Positions 1 through 9,067 of a stretch of 52,233 nucleotides of DNA are shown piece after piece. A program made the position numbers and the translations under genes. The first letter of the stretch is position 1. Each line of letters begins with the position of its first letter. Origin of the DNA: a virus. Taxonomy: Duplodnaviria; Caudoviricetes. Location: the IMG/VR virus record IMGVR_UViG_3300037151_000077, positions 1-52,233 of that record; one strand, 5' to 3'. The notes under the pieces are model-generated. The model made no database searches, was not told the origin of the DNA, and saw only the letters and a list, made by a program, of their open reading frames with translations.

Positions 1-198
1 CTAGCCAGCCATATCCGCATCTTCAAGTTCGGCGAAGGCGCTCAGAGCGTCGAATTCTGAGAGGCCAGAGATTTTGCGGAAGGTTCGTAGTTGGACGGTT
101 CGCACATCCTGCCCTGGGTCCGGGTCCGGTAAACCATTTTCCAGGATGTAGAGAAAGAGCAGCGCTCGATCCGCGTTCTCTGAGATTCGCAGGCTCAC
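1..198 (-). CDS. Hypothetical phage protein
   Basis: GTG start at 198 overlaps the upstream TGA (GTGA coupling) after GGAG. It is the C-terminal part of ORF 1..309. Confidence 0.55.
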   Translation of the reverse strand: MSLRISENADRALLFLYILENGLPDPDPGQDVRTVQLRTFRKISGLSEFDALSAFAELEDADMAG

Positions 199-390
199 AA
201 CTTTTTCTCCACCTGGTACGGGGTGTCTCCTATTTTCCGATACGAGCACGGATATCCGCACTTCGTACAGAGAGCATCGTCGCCCACCATCACCGGCGCA
301 TCGCAACACAATGATCTCAAGTCCTCACGCGTGACCCAAGGCTGGGTAATCTTTTCACTCACGACTTTTTCTCCACCTGATACGGGGTGT
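194..390. repeat. 33-bp direct repeat pair (194-226, 358-390; 2 mismatches), with a partial third copy at ~605-628
   Basis: ctcacaactttttctccacctggtacggggtgt versus ctcacgactttttctccacctgatacggggtgt. Confidence 0.9.
195..362 (-). CDS. Small Cys-rich hypothetical protein (55 aa, not in ORF track)
   Basis: Manual translation: MSEKITQPWVTREDLRSLCCDAPVMVGDDALCTKCGYPCSYRKIGDTPYQVEKKL. GTGA coupling at both ends. Confidence 0.65.
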   Translation of the reverse strand: MSEKITQPWVTREDLRSLCCDAPVMVGDDALCTKCGYPCSYRKIGDTPYQVEKKL

Positions 391-598
391 AGTTCCCCAG
401 CTCAACGGCAGCAATAATTTCTTCCGCCCGCCGCTTCGCTCCTGCAAAATTGTTCTCTACTCGACTGAAATGTCCTTCATGCCAATACACCGACAGTGCC
501 CACAGACAATTGGGACGATGCGCCCCAAACACAAACGCTTGAGCCTTTGGGAGGTTCAACTCGTAACTCCGCAGTCCGATTTTCTTCCACTTCGCCAT
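359..598 (-). CDS. Hypothetical phage protein
   Basis: 79-aa ORF in a tightly packed leftward operon; ends NYTPYQVEKKS. Confidence 0.65.
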   Translation of the reverse strand: MAKWKKIGLRSYELNLPKAQAFVFGAHRPNCLWALSVYWHEGHFSRVENNFAGAKRRAEEIIAAVELGNYTPYQVEKKS

Positions 599-600
599 TT

Positions 601-795
601 TTATTTCACCTGGTAAAGGGTGTAGTTCGGGTTGCCCTGGTTGAGGCGGTTCATCAACTTCACAACTTCGGTATTGATCGGCCAGTCGTCATGCGTGCCC
701 GAGACGCTTGCGATTGCGAAGACTTCCATGAGCTTGGAATAGTCCAAGCGGCTCATGGTGAGGATCACGGAACCGTTCTCTTCGCGGTAGCTCAT
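601..795 (-). CDS. Hypothetical phage protein
   Basis: 64 aa; starts MSYREENGSV and ends NYTLYQVK. Confidence 0.7.
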   Translation of the reverse strand: MSYREENGSVILTMSRLDYSKLMEVFAIASVSGTHDDWPINTEVVKLMNRLNQGNPNYTLYQVK

Positions 796-994
796 GGTCT
801 TTTCTCCCGTTTGCCGCGTCTATAACCTGTCTCATTGGCGTGCCGCACGGCTGCATCAGTCCATTCCACTAATTCATCCCAGTCCCTATCCGCTAGGCTC
901 ACATTGAAGTGCTTCAGTAGTTTCACAATTTCTCGAGCGTCGGGATGCAGCGCTCGTTTTCTCACGGAACCGTTCTCTTCGCGGTAGCTCATGG
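765..994. repeat. Exact 33-bp direct repeat pair (765-797, 962-994)
   Basis: tcacggaaccgttctcttcgcggtagctcatgg occurs twice and encodes identical MSYREENGSV N-termini. Confidence 0.95.
792..992 (-). CDS. Hypothetical phage protein
   Basis: 66 aa; ATGA coupling on both sides. Confidence 0.65.
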   Translation of the reverse strand: MSYREENGSVRKRALHPDAREIVKLLKHFNVSLADRDWDELVEWTDAAVRHANETGYRRGKREKRP

Positions 995-1237
995 CTTTTT
1001 CCTCGTTCTTTTCCGCATCCGCATTTTGAGGATTCTTGGATCGCGCCGCATTTCGAGCACAAACTCTCGATCCAGTTTGTGCCGCCTCGCCGCTTCTGCC
1101 GCCGATATCGAACTCAGCATGACATCGTAGGCCGCTTGACCCAGGGGAGTTTTCCCGAAAGCCACGATATGACCGTCCTTGTCACGGATGGCACGAAGCA
1201 AGGCGGGATCACGGAAGGGCGAGGCTTCTTTTTTCAT
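989..1237 (-). CDS. Hypothetical basic protein
   Basis: ATG at 1237 coupled to the upstream stop; C-terminal part of ORF 989..1387. Confidence 0.55.
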   Translation of the reverse strand: MKKEASPFRDPALLRAIRDKDGHIVAFGKTPLGQAAYDVMLSSISAAEAARRHKLDREFVLEMRRDPRILKMRMRKRTRKKP

Positions 1238-1491
1238 TGACGGCTGCCATTTCCGAGCCGCGGGGTTACAGTTACAGGGAGATCCGGGCCGAAAAACTTC
1301 TTGGCTCGCTCCTCGCCCTGCCCCGTAACTTCCATGTACTTCACTTCCACTCTCGCGCTGTCGATGATTTGACTCGCCGTCTGACAAACGGCTTTCGCCC
1401 GGTCAATATCCAGCGGATGCTCTTTGTCGCTCAGCGCTTCCAGTTGGGCAAACAGGTGATCCCGCAGATCCTGCAATGTGTTTTTTGCCAT
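1234..1491 (-). CDS. Conserved phage hypothetical protein
   Basis: KNTLQDLRDHLFAQLEAL...RAKAV...IIDSARVEV pattern, typical of phage genes downstream of HNH proteins. Confidence 0.75.
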   Translation of the reverse strand: MAKNTLQDLRDHLFAQLEALSDKEHPLDIDRAKAVCQTASQIIDSARVEVKYMEVTGQGEERAKKFFGPDLPVTVTPRLGNGSRQ

Positions 1492-2320
1492 TGAGTTTTT
1501 CCTCTCTGTCGCGAATTTTGCGTTTCAACGCGCCCGTTAGCTGGATAACCTGTTTGAGCTCCGGAGGGAGATTGTGAATGGTGTTGCGCCGCATGTTGTC
1601 GGCGAACGAGAGCAGCTTAAGATTTTCGATTGCGCAGTTGGAGCGATCGCGATCCTTGAAGATGACGATGTGCCCGGGCGGAATCGGCCCCTTGTGTTGT
1701 TCCCACACATGGCGATTGAGCAGCGGCCAGATTTTCATGTTGCCGAATCCGTAAGGTTCGCCCTTCGATCCCTCGCGCACTTTGATCCGGAGGAAGCCTT
1801 CGCCGTCGGCGAGAATGGTTCCGATCGGACGCCAGTTCTTAGCGGCGATTCCGGAGCGCTCGCCTTTTTTGAATTGCGTCTCGGCCATGCGTCCGCGTCC
1901 CACGGAATATCCCGGACGCCGCAACCCCTTGTTCTCCGGAGTGCGGCCTTTTTGGTAGCGTGATTTCACGCCCACCAGGCGAAGGCGCTGCGCCTCGATC
2001 TCCAGCAATTTCGCGATGTACTCGGCGCTTTTCCGAACGCCCAATTTCGCCGCGCGTTGACAGGTGCCGAGAACCGTTGTCCCAAATCGCTTGGCGAGCT
2101 CCGGAGTCTCAGCATCCGGATATTCCGCGCGCAGGATCTGATCCTCGGCGGCCGTCCACCGGTGATAGATGCGAAGCTTCTTGAGTCTCAACAATTTTGC
2201 GCGGCTCTTGATGGACGGCAGTGTTCGCCCGAACAGAGCAGCGATTTCGGGAGTCGAGATCTCGGGCCACGTCCAGCGGAGAATGGCTTCGTCGACGGGC
2301 GTCCATAGAGTGCCGCTCAT
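1403..2320 (-). CDS. HNH endonuclease-domain protein with N-terminal Myb/SANT-like repeats
   Basis: WTPVDEAILR and WTAAEDQILR repeats; RHVWEQHKGPIPPGHIVIFKDRDRSNCAIENLKLLS..NMRRN HNH-like motif. Confidence 0.8.
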   Translation of the reverse strand: MSGTLWTPVDEAILRWTWPEISTPEIAALFGRTLPSIKSRAKLLRLKKLRIYHRWTAAEDQILRAEYPDAETPELAKRFGTTVLGTCQRAAKLGVRKSAEYIAKLLEIEAQRLRLVGVKSRYQKGRTPENKGLRRPGYSVGRGRMAETQFKKGERSGIAAKNWRPIGTILADGEGFLRIKVREGSKGEPYGFGNMKIWPLLNRHVWEQHKGPIPPGHIVIFKDRDRSNCAIENLKLLSFADNMRRNTIHNLPPELKQVIQLTGALKRKIRDREEKLNGKKHIAGSAGSPVCPTGSAERQRASAGY

Positions 2321-2598
2321 TCCGTCACCGCCCGATAGAAGAAATAGTCTTTGCCCGGGAAAGGGTTTCGATTCACATAACCGAAGCGCTCGGATTCTTT
2401 TATGTGTTCCAGCCATTCTTCGTAAGTCGTTTTTGCGACAACCTGAAAGGGCTGCGCGGTTGACCACTCGCCAGCGAATTGGTTAAAGATCGCTCCGACT
2501 TCTACGGGATGATCCCATGCGACAACGATGTAGCCGTACACAGAGATCGTGTGCTTGAGTGCAGCGACGGCGGCCGGTGGCATCTCTCTTGTACTCAC
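2317..2598 (-). CDS. Hypothetical protein
   Basis: Coupled ORF in the operon. Confidence 0.6.
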   Translation of the reverse strand: MSTREMPPAAVAALKHTISVYGYIVVAWDHPVEVGAIFNQFAGEWSTAQPFQVVAKTTYEEWLEHIKESERFGYVNRNPFPGKDYFFYRAVTE

Positions 2599-2855
2599 GA
2601 AGCTGCCTCTCTTTCATGCTTGGCGAAGCGGACCTCGAGACCAGGATGACACCGGGAAAATTCTTGGACGTACAACTTGACGATCAGCTCGTAATCCTCG
2701 CGGCTGCACGCATCGAACCCGGCTTCTGGGAATTGCCGCTGCAGTTCGGCCAGGACTTCATCGGGGAACAAATGCGCGCAGCCGGCGGGATCGACGTAAC
2801 AGCCTGGCTGGATCATTTGCCAGCTTGCATCGCGCTTGTGAGGGTCGAAGCTCAC
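2595..2855 (-). CDS. Hypothetical protein
   Basis: Coupled ORF in the operon. Confidence 0.65.
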   Translation of the reverse strand: MSFDPHKRDASWQMIQPGCYVDPAGCAHLFPDEVLAELQRQFPEAGFDACSREDYELIVKLYVQEFSRCHPGLEVRFAKHEREAAS

Positions 2856-3505
2856 GCGGCCCTCACAAAGCCATCAAGCATTCCAGTGCGATCTGCGACG
2901 AATGGATGTTTGGTCAGTTCGCGCAGATTGACGGTGAGGCCTGCGGCGAGCAGATTGTCTTTGACGTGGATTAGCGCGAACTTCAGCAGAACCACTTCCG
3001 AGGCGTGACAGGTGTTTGTGCGCGCAGGCGCTTCGCGCATGATGTAAACCGAGCGTCCGCGAAGCCAGAGGAGTCCGTGATCAGGGAAATGCTTGGCGAC
3101 GGCTTCCACTTTGATGACTTCGGAGGGACAGAGAAAATAACGCCGGTCGCCCATGCGCTGCACTTCTTCCTCAACCGTGGCCACTCCGCGCGCGATGGCG
3201 GCAGGGTGCGGCGGTGACGTCTTCGTCGCGGGATGAACGGAATCCAATCCAGCTTCGGCTTCACGCTGCCAGACCAGACGCGTCCTGATTTTCTTTTTCC
3301 GATCGCGATAGAAGTCGCTCATGCTGCGCTTACACTCCACCACAATCGAACCGTAGCCACCCTTACAGGAATTCGACCAGCCGATGGCGTCCGGAACTTC
3401 ACGGCACGATGCCACTCCGCCGAGGACGATCTTGCAGCCCATGGCATTGCGGAGCCAGCGCTCGGCTACGTCGCAGAGCGCGTAATGGACCGACATGCTG
3501 CTCAT
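2852..3505 (-). CDS. PD-(D/E)XK-like nuclease (MmcB-like)
   Basis: EVPDAIGW...SIVVECKRSMSDFYRDRKK...GDRRYFLCP...GLL motif set. Confidence 0.65.
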   Translation of the reverse strand: MSSMSVHYALCDVAERWLRNAMGCKIVLGGVASCREVPDAIGWSNSCKGGYGSIVVECKRSMSDFYRDRKKKIRTRLVWQREAEAGLDSVHPATKTSPPHPAAIARGVATVEEEVQRMGDRRYFLCPSEVIKVEAVAKHFPDHGLLWLRGRSVYIMREAPARTNTCHASEVVLLKFALIHVKDNLLAAGLTVNLRELTKHPFVADRTGMLDGFVRAA

Positions 3506-3879
3506 GCCACGTCCTCCCTTCGTGCCAAATGAAAAGCTTCCATCCGGTGCTCATCGATCGGACAATCTTCGGAGCGCTCGACTCTTGGCGGTTGAACATC
3601 CGGGAAATACCATTGGCCTTCCGGCGATCGCTCCTGAGAAATTCCCCGGACTGAGAAGTGGACGCGACAGGTGCAGGCGGAGGCTAGCTCGATACTTCCG
3701 TCGAGCTGGTGATAGACCGCTCTACGATGCTTTCCGATGATCCGAAAAAGAAATTCCTTCAAACTTGAGTTGAATCGAGCTGCGGTTAGCCTCGGCGTTT
3801 CACGGTGCGGCATCCGAACGAAGTTGCGCTGCTGCTCGTGCTGCCGGCGTTCCCGTCGCGAGTGAGAAATTCCGCTCAT
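3502..3879 (-). CDS. Hypothetical protein
   Basis: Coupled ORF. Confidence 0.55.
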   Translation of the reverse strand: MSGISHSRRERRQHEQQRNFVRMPHRETPRLTAARFNSSLKEFLFRIIGKHRRAVYHQLDGSIELASACTCRVHFSVRGISQERSPEGQWYFPDVQPPRVERSEDCPIDEHRMEAFHLARREDVA

Positions 3880-4064
3880 GCGCTTCGCTGCTCCGCTTTC
3901 GGTTCACAACGCTTGTGAATTTTGCAAAATTCCTTCATGGCAACCACCCAAACGCTCAGTGGGGCGGGCAGCCCCAGCGTGAACTTTTTCCCGCAATTCA
4001 GACAGTGCGCCGTCGCGCCATCGTTTTCGGCCACAACATGCTCGATCGCTCTTGAAGGTGACAT
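3876..4064 (-). CDS. Small putative Zn-binding protein
   Basis: CLNCG...HKRC. Confidence 0.65.
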   Translation of the reverse strand: MSPSRAIEHVVAENDGATAHCLNCGKKFTLGLPAPLSVWVVAMKEFCKIHKRCEPKAEQRSA

Positions 4065-4066
4065 GA

Positions 4067-4825
4067 TCAGGCCTCCCTTGCGCCCTCTGCTTCGCGCGAC
4101 GGAGAAGTGCTTGCCGCGCTAGCGGCGAGCACTTCGAGCAAAATTTCGGCGAGATCGGCGAGATAGGCGAGATCGGCGAGATCGGCGCGATAGGCGAGAT
4201 CGGCGAGATCGGCGCGATAGGCGAGATCGGCGAGATCGGCGCGATAGGCGAGATAGGCGAGATCGGCGCGATCGGCGCGATAGGCGAGATCGGCGAGATA
4301 GGCGAGATCGGCGAGATAGGCGCGATCGGCGAGATCGGCGAGATCGGCGCGATAGGCGAGATAGGCGAGAATCTTCGGTGGATCCGTCGGTGAAGGCTCG
4401 GCCACCCCCTCTTTCAGGAAATCGATGATTTCAAGTGTTTTCTTTTTCAGCTCGGCGTCCCGAGTTCGTCCGAGCAGCCCACGCTTCTCGTCGGCCAGAA
4501 GAGCCAGAACGAAGCGCTTGTTGACATGGCTCGCGCGAAGGTCAATGCCCACCGGAATCGCCTGTAAGAAGCGCTCTGGCCACAGGAGTGCTTTGCCATT
4601 CGGAAGGGTTTCAAAAATGCGATCTTCGAGATAGGCGAGCTCGATCGGAATTCCGAGTTCCGTCTCATAGGCGGCGTGGTCGCCGCTGTGAATCGTGCAA
4701 CCCACCGCGCACCCTTTGCCGTTTTCCCAATAAGTGCCATGCACCAGCTGGTCCGCCAGGCGATGCGCGCGCACCTGGGCAATTCGTTCGTCTTTGAGTT
4801 TTTCTTTTCCGTGGAAGGTCAGCAT
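4067..4825 (-). CDS. Conserved phage protein with C-terminal tripeptide repeats
   Basis: N-terminus FHG...VRAHRLADQLVHGTYWENGKGCAVGC is of a recurrent phage type; start placed at ATG 4825. Confidence 0.8.
   Translation of the reverse strand: MLTFHGKEKLKDERIAQVRAHRLADQLVHGTYWENGKGCAVGCTIHSGDHAAYETELGIPIELAYLEDRIFETLPNGKALLWPERFLQAIPVGIDLRASHVNKRFVLALLADEKRGLLGRTRDAELKKKTLEIIDFLKEGVAEPSPTDPPKILAYLAYRADLADLADRAYLADLAYLADLAYRADRADLAYLAYRADLADLAYRADLADLAYRADLADLAYLADLAEILLEVLAASAASTSPSREAEGAREA
4145..4369. repeat. 25 x 9-bp in-frame tandem repeat
   Basis: Minus-strand unit C(T/G)C GCC (G/T)AT, encoding LAD/LAY/RAD/RAY. Confidence 0.95.
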
Positions 4826-5043
4826 AGGCGTAGTTGCTCCGATCTTGCCGCAATTGGCGGTGCATTGACAGCCGGACTGGGAATGGATTTCAGTACAGTG
4901 AAAAAACAAGTCGAACAGAGCGGTTTACGAACGCCGCTTTTCAAAGCTACGAAACCTGAGGTCATGGCGCGGCAGTTTGTGCACCTGCGTTCGCGCCCGT
5001 GAGAAGAGAACGTCCACTCGAAGCTGCGGATGTGCATTTTCAT
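4819..5043 (-). CDS. Small putative Zn-binding protein
   Basis: CTNC...CSTC; coupled. Confidence 0.55.
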   Translation of the reverse strand: MKMHIRSFEWTFSSHGRERRCTNCRAMTSGFVALKSGVRKPLCSTCFFTVLKSIPSPAVNAPPIAARSEQLRLC

Positions 5044-5300
5044 GCGCTGCGCTGCTCCTCCTCACCCGCCGACTGCAGATACAGATAGCGGACGAGATTG
5101 TATTTCCCAATCAGGATCAGCGTGAACGGCCGCAACAACATGAAATCCCGCCGCGTCGCCAAGAGCAGAGCTTCCGCATAGACCAGGACAAAGCTCAGCT
5201 CCCGGCCTTCGCGATAAACCTCCCGGCAGATCTGCAACAGATCATCGTCACTGAGGCGTCCGAGATGGGTGAGATGGCGCACGCGTTCAAAGGTGCTCAT
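5040..5300 (-). CDS. Hypothetical protein
   Basis: Coupled ORF preceded by GAGGGG. Confidence 0.6.
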   Translation of the reverse strand: MSTFERVRHLTHLGRLSDDDLLQICREVYREGRELSFVLVYAEALLLATRRDFMLLRPFTLILIGKYNLVRYLYLQSAGEEEQRSA

Positions 5301-5322
5301 AAGCGGATCCCCTCTTCGAAAC

Positions 5323-5748
5323 TCAAGCTTTCAATTCTTTCCTCGTGGCTGTCGGTAGGCGCTCGGGTTTTGACGCGGCGATATTCTGCATAACCGCGAC
5401 TCCGGTGCTGTAGCCGATGCGATAGTCCTGCGGCATTCCCCGCGAGTCGAGCGCAGCCCAGAAGCCGCGAAGATGATGCTTTGCCCGTTCATGCACTTCG
5501 GTTGGACCGTAGACCTCGATCCGAATCAAACCCCCATAAGTGTCATGTCCCCATTCCGGATGTTGCTTCCAGACTTCGCCGCGGTCTTGATTGACGCGTT
5601 CAGCGATACGCGCGACGAATCCTGCGCTGCGCAAGCTCTCGACGGACAAAGCCGCGCGCTCCGCTAAATCCCGTCGATGATTCACTCCCCACCATTTCAC
5701 CGAGAACCAGCGCGCTCCAGCGAGCACCAGGCCATCACCGTTTTTCAT
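5323..5748 (-). CDS. Hypothetical protein
   Basis: ATG at 5748 after GGAGG, coupled to the ATPase stop. Confidence 0.6.
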   Translation of the reverse strand: MKNGDGLVLAGARWFSVKWWGVNHRRDLAERAALSVESLRSAGFVARIAERVNQDRGEVWKQHPEWGHDTYGGLIRIEVYGPTEVHERAKHHLRGFWAALDSRGMPQDYRIGYSTGVAVMQNIAASKPERLPTATRKELKA

Positions 5749-7613
5749 GCCGCCTCCAGAAAAATCCACTTTTGCATGTACACCGTCTTGTCCGGCCCGT
5801 AATCGATCATGCCGGCGGAGCGCATGGCTCCTAGATTGTTGCCATAGGCGGAGCTGGTAGGAGACGCTCCAGCGGCCGCAGCCAGGTCCTCGCGGCTCAT
5901 TCCCTTCGGATACACGCTATAAAGCGCATCAAAGATCGCCTGTTGGGAGCTGGTAAGGAGTTGCTTGCAGGACGCCGCCATTTCTTCCTGATCGAGGACC
6001 TGCTTTTGTGGGCCTGCCGTTTCCATTCCTGCCGGCGTGAGATATACCTGGCCATTGCGATAGTCGAGCAGTCCGCGAGATCGCAATGCTCCAAGATTGT
6101 TTCCGTATGCACTCGACTTATGGCTCGCGCCCGCGCGTGCAGCCAGCCACTTCTTCGAAACGTCGGCGATGCCAACAGCGTGGAACTCAGCTGCGGCGGA
6201 GATGATCTTCATCTGTGATCGGCTGAGTCCGTCGACGCTGGGCGGTTCGCTGGTCGATCGAGAAGATCGGGGAGCTGGGATGGGGGCGCGATTTTTGACG
6301 GTGACGGGCTCATTCTTCACCACATCCACGGCGATTTTTACGATCTTGTCGTCTGCTAGCCGAGCTTGCATCTTCGAGAGCAGGCGATTCGCTTCTTCCT
6401 GCAGCCGTTCGAGTTCGCGGCGTTTGGTCAGGATCTTCTGGCCGGCAATCCTGCCCACTTCGGCAGCCGCCTTCTCGATCGCCGCGGCGATCTCCTCCGG
6501 CTTCACGTCCACACCTTCGAATCCGATCGCATTGATCTTGGCAATGATTTTCACGGCATCCTCCAGGGCGGTGCGGAGCTGCTGAATGGTTCGTGCCTGC
6601 TGCGGATCCACTTTGGTGGAGACGGTCTTCCCGGGTGATGGCGGCGCGGGCTGTGCTCTCTCTGCCGCTTTCAACTTCATGTGCAGCTCGCGGATCTCGC
6701 GCCGGAATTCCGCCTCGGTGCGGGCTTTGTCTTCCGCCTCTTTTGGGAGATCAGCCAGCTTGGGCAGTAGCAGCTTTACTTTCTCCGGCGCCGGCGGAGG
6801 CTCGGCCGAATACTTTCCCGAGCCTGCGGTCGGATGCGTGGTCTCGATTGCCCCAATTTTCACGAGCAGGCGCGTCTTTGATATCGCGCGGCCGAGAGCC
6901 CAGAAATGGCCTGGCGCTATGGTTTTCATCTGCTCATTGAAGGCAGCCTGGTCGCGCGGGACGATGCCCAGCGCTTTATGGGCGCGCTGGAGATCGATGT
7001 CGAGAAATGTGGGACCAACCAGGACGTTGGTTAGCTCAGATGCGCCGCTCTTGTCGAGCTTGGCCAGCCGCTGCGTCGCGTAGATGGCGCAGAAGCCGTA
7101 CTTGCGGCCATCCGCTGCGAGCGAGAGCATCATCTCTTTCGCTTCGGACTCGCCCTCACCTTTTTCCGGCATGAACTTGTGCGCCTCGTCGACGACGAAC
7201 AGAACCGGATGCCAGAGACGTTTCGGCGAGTTCATGACAGCCGTCAGGAATTTCTGCACCCACAGATGCCGCTCATGCGGCTTGAGCGAATAGAGATCGC
7301 AGACAGCCGAGGCGCGCAGCTCTAGAAGCTTTTCCGCCACCAGTCCCGCCGAGCGCAGATCCGCCGGCGTCTCGCCATGTTCGCCTACCAGCACGAAGCC
7401 AAACTTCTCGCGCAGCGTAGCGAACTCGCCGGCGACGTCGATGACGATTTCCTGCACCTTGCCGAAGCCCTGCTCCAATAGCCGGCGCAGTAGAAACGAT
7501 TTGCCGCCTCCGGAGTTGGCAGTGATAAGCAAACGTGAGACGAGCAGCTCCGCGATATCGAAGCCAACATTCTTTCCAGCGGCTTTGCCGATGACGATCT
7601 TGCTCACAGCCAC
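5745..7613 (-). CDS. HerA/FtsK-like (DUF87-type) P-loop ATPase with coiled coil and two C-terminal winged-helix-like repeats
   Basis: Walker A ANSGGGKS, Walker B FVVDEAH, GRKYG, ATQR; duplicated SSAYGNNLGA.RS.G..DY. Confidence 0.85.
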   Translation of the reverse strand: MAVSKIVIGKAAGKNVGFDIAELLVSRLLITANSGGGKSFLLRRLLEQGFGKVQEIVIDVAGEFATLREKFGFVLVGEHGETPADLRSAGLVAEKLLELRASAVCDLYSLKPHERHLWVQKFLTAVMNSPKRLWHPVLFVVDEAHKFMPEKGEGESEAKEMMLSLAADGRKYGFCAIYATQRLAKLDKSGASELTNVLVGPTFLDIDLQRAHKALGIVPRDQAAFNEQMKTIAPGHFWALGRAISKTRLLVKIGAIETTHPTAGSGKYSAEPPPAPEKVKLLLPKLADLPKEAEDKARTEAEFRREIRELHMKLKAAERAQPAPPSPGKTVSTKVDPQQARTIQQLRTALEDAVKIIAKINAIGFEGVDVKPEEIAAAIEKAAAEVGRIAGQKILTKRRELERLQEEANRLLSKMQARLADDKIVKIAVDVVKNEPVTVKNRAPIPAPRSSRSTSEPPSVDGLSRSQMKIISAAAEFHAVGIADVSKKWLAARAGASHKSSAYGNNLGALRSRGLLDYRNGQVYLTPAGMETAGPQKQVLDQEEMAASCKQLLTSSQQAIFDALYSVYPKGMSREDLAAAAGASPTSSAYGNNLGAMRSAGMIDYGPDKTVYMQKWIFLEAA

Positions 7614-7780
7614 CCTCTTTTCGCGGTGGGATCCGGAGGCGGCGCCGGTGGCAGCTCTGGCGGTTTATCCCCCTCTTCCACCAGAAGCGGCAAGATGATA
7701 CGTAAGCAGTTCACTTGCTGCTGGCAGATTCGCAATTCGCGAAGCTTCTGCTCTAAGACCTGCTGGATATCTTTACTCAC
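7604..7780 (-). CDS. Hypothetical protein
   Basis: GTG at 7780 coupled to the upstream stop. Confidence 0.5.
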   Translation of the reverse strand: MSKDIQQVLEQKLRELRICQQQVNCLRIILPLLVEEGDKPPELPPAPPPDPTAKRGWL

Positions 7781-8043
7781 GCGACATCCGTCCATTCCGC
7801 CCGCAGCGATCGATCGATCTGCTCCGCCAGTGGCCGCGCCTCGATATAGGCTTTCTCGACACAAACCGGGTTCGAGCAGACGTCGTCCAGTAGCCAGGCG
7901 CAGGGGACCAAGCGAGTCTTCACCCCCTCAGGGATGAGCTGAATTCCCGCGCCCAGGATGTGGCTCTCGGCATACTCTGTGATCTCGGTGATCATGCACG
8001 GCTTGTCTTCCGTGCAGTGACAGAATTTGCAAACGTATTTCAT
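7777..8043 (-). CDS. Small Cys-rich phage protein
   Basis: CKFCHCTEDKPC...CAW...CSNPVC. Confidence 0.7.
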   Translation of the reverse strand: MKYVCKFCHCTEDKPCMITEITEYAESHILGAGIQLIPEGVKTRLVPCAWLLDDVCSNPVCVEKAYIEARPLAEQIDRSLRAEWTDVA

Positions 8044-8369
8044 GCCAGCTTCCCTCCGAGTGCCACCTGGTTCTCCGCGAAGAGAGGCCCTTTAACGGTT
8101 TTGCGGCGTCGGGCCGCTTTAAACCATTTCAGCATCGTGCCACCGTTGGCCATAATCATTTTTCTCCGCGCGGCCTGTAATCCTTCGATCAGATCAGGCG
8201 GTATGTGTTGGGCATCGGCTTCGGCTAGTTCGAGGAATGGATTGAGATCGATCTCGGACATCCAACCTTCACGGAAGAGCTCAATGGCGAATGACGCAAA
8301 ACCTTTCGCCGTGATTCGAAGACATAGGATCTCGTCCGGGTCTGTGTCGTCTACGACGGCTTTTCTCAT
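8040..8369 (-). CDS. Hypothetical protein
   Basis: Coupled ORF. Confidence 0.6.
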   Translation of the reverse strand: MRKAVVDDTDPDEILCLRITAKGFASFAIELFREGWMSEIDLNPFLELAEADAQHIPPDLIEGLQAARRKMIMANGGTMLKWFKAARRRKTVKGPLFAENQVALGGKLA

Positions 8370-9067
8370 GCGAGCATCCTCCGATACAACTCTTTCCCGC
8401 GACGCGTCGAAATTCCAGCGCGCTCGCAGGCTATGCGGAATAACGCCACCTGGTGGCTTTCGGCGTCCGCTGCTTCGGCTGATCCTACACCGGCCTCGCG
8501 CATCAAGTCGATTTCTCTTTGCAGTTTGCGCCAGTCCCGTTCGTCGAAGTCCTGCTGGGTATAGTTCTGGGGAGGGCGGCGCTCTTCCGCCCCCGTTCTT
8601 TTAGCTTTAGATCTTCTTGCTTCTTCCTTATTGCGGGTGCGATTTTGTCTGACGGTGAGGCATTTTTTGTCCGACGGACCCCCTTTTTCTTCCACAGATT
8701 GTGGAAGATTGAAGTGGAAAACATATTGTGCCGGCCCGACCTTGCCGCTAGCGACGGCGCGAATCTGCCCCGAGTGAAGTAGGCCCCAATCCCGAAACCT
8801 GGCGACCACGCGACCGACGGTCCGCACCGTTACATTGCAACTGGCGGCGATTGTAGACTGCTCCGGCCAGCAGCGGTCGGCGCTCAGTCTGCGATGCGCC
8901 AGCAGGTAATACATGACGGCCGTGTGCAATGCCTTCCATTCAGGGGCGTGCTGCCGCGCCAGGCGGGCGACAATTTTTACCTCGAGAGCTCCAAGCATGA
9001 CTTCGCGAACCTTAGCCTGCAGCTGGCTTTCCTCAGCCTGTGAATATCGGTGGAAGGCTGTGCACAC
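8366..9067 (-). CDS. HTH-domain protein, putative replication initiator
   Basis: CWPEQSTIAASCNVTVRTVGRVVARFRDWGLL is an HTH_36-like motif; heads the early operon. Confidence 0.7.
   Translation of the reverse strand: MCTAFHRYSQAEESQLQAKVREVMLGALEVKIVARLARQHAPEWKALHTAVMYYLLAHRRLSADRCWPEQSTIAASCNVTVRTVGRVVARFRDWGLLHSGQIRAVASGKVGPAQYVFHFNLPQSVEEKGGPSDKKCLTVRQNRTRNKEEARRSKAKRTGAEERRPPQNYTQQDFDERDWRKLQREIDLMREAGVGSAEAADAESHQVALFRIACERAGISTRRGKELYRRMLA

Noticed and set aside
194-994. Possible mini-CRISPR array from the 33-bp repeats
   Set aside because: Spacing is 164-197 bp, there are two different repeat types, and both are coding junctions.
4145-4369. Possible CRISPR array
   Set aside because: Contiguous 9-bp coding units with no spacers and no cas genes.
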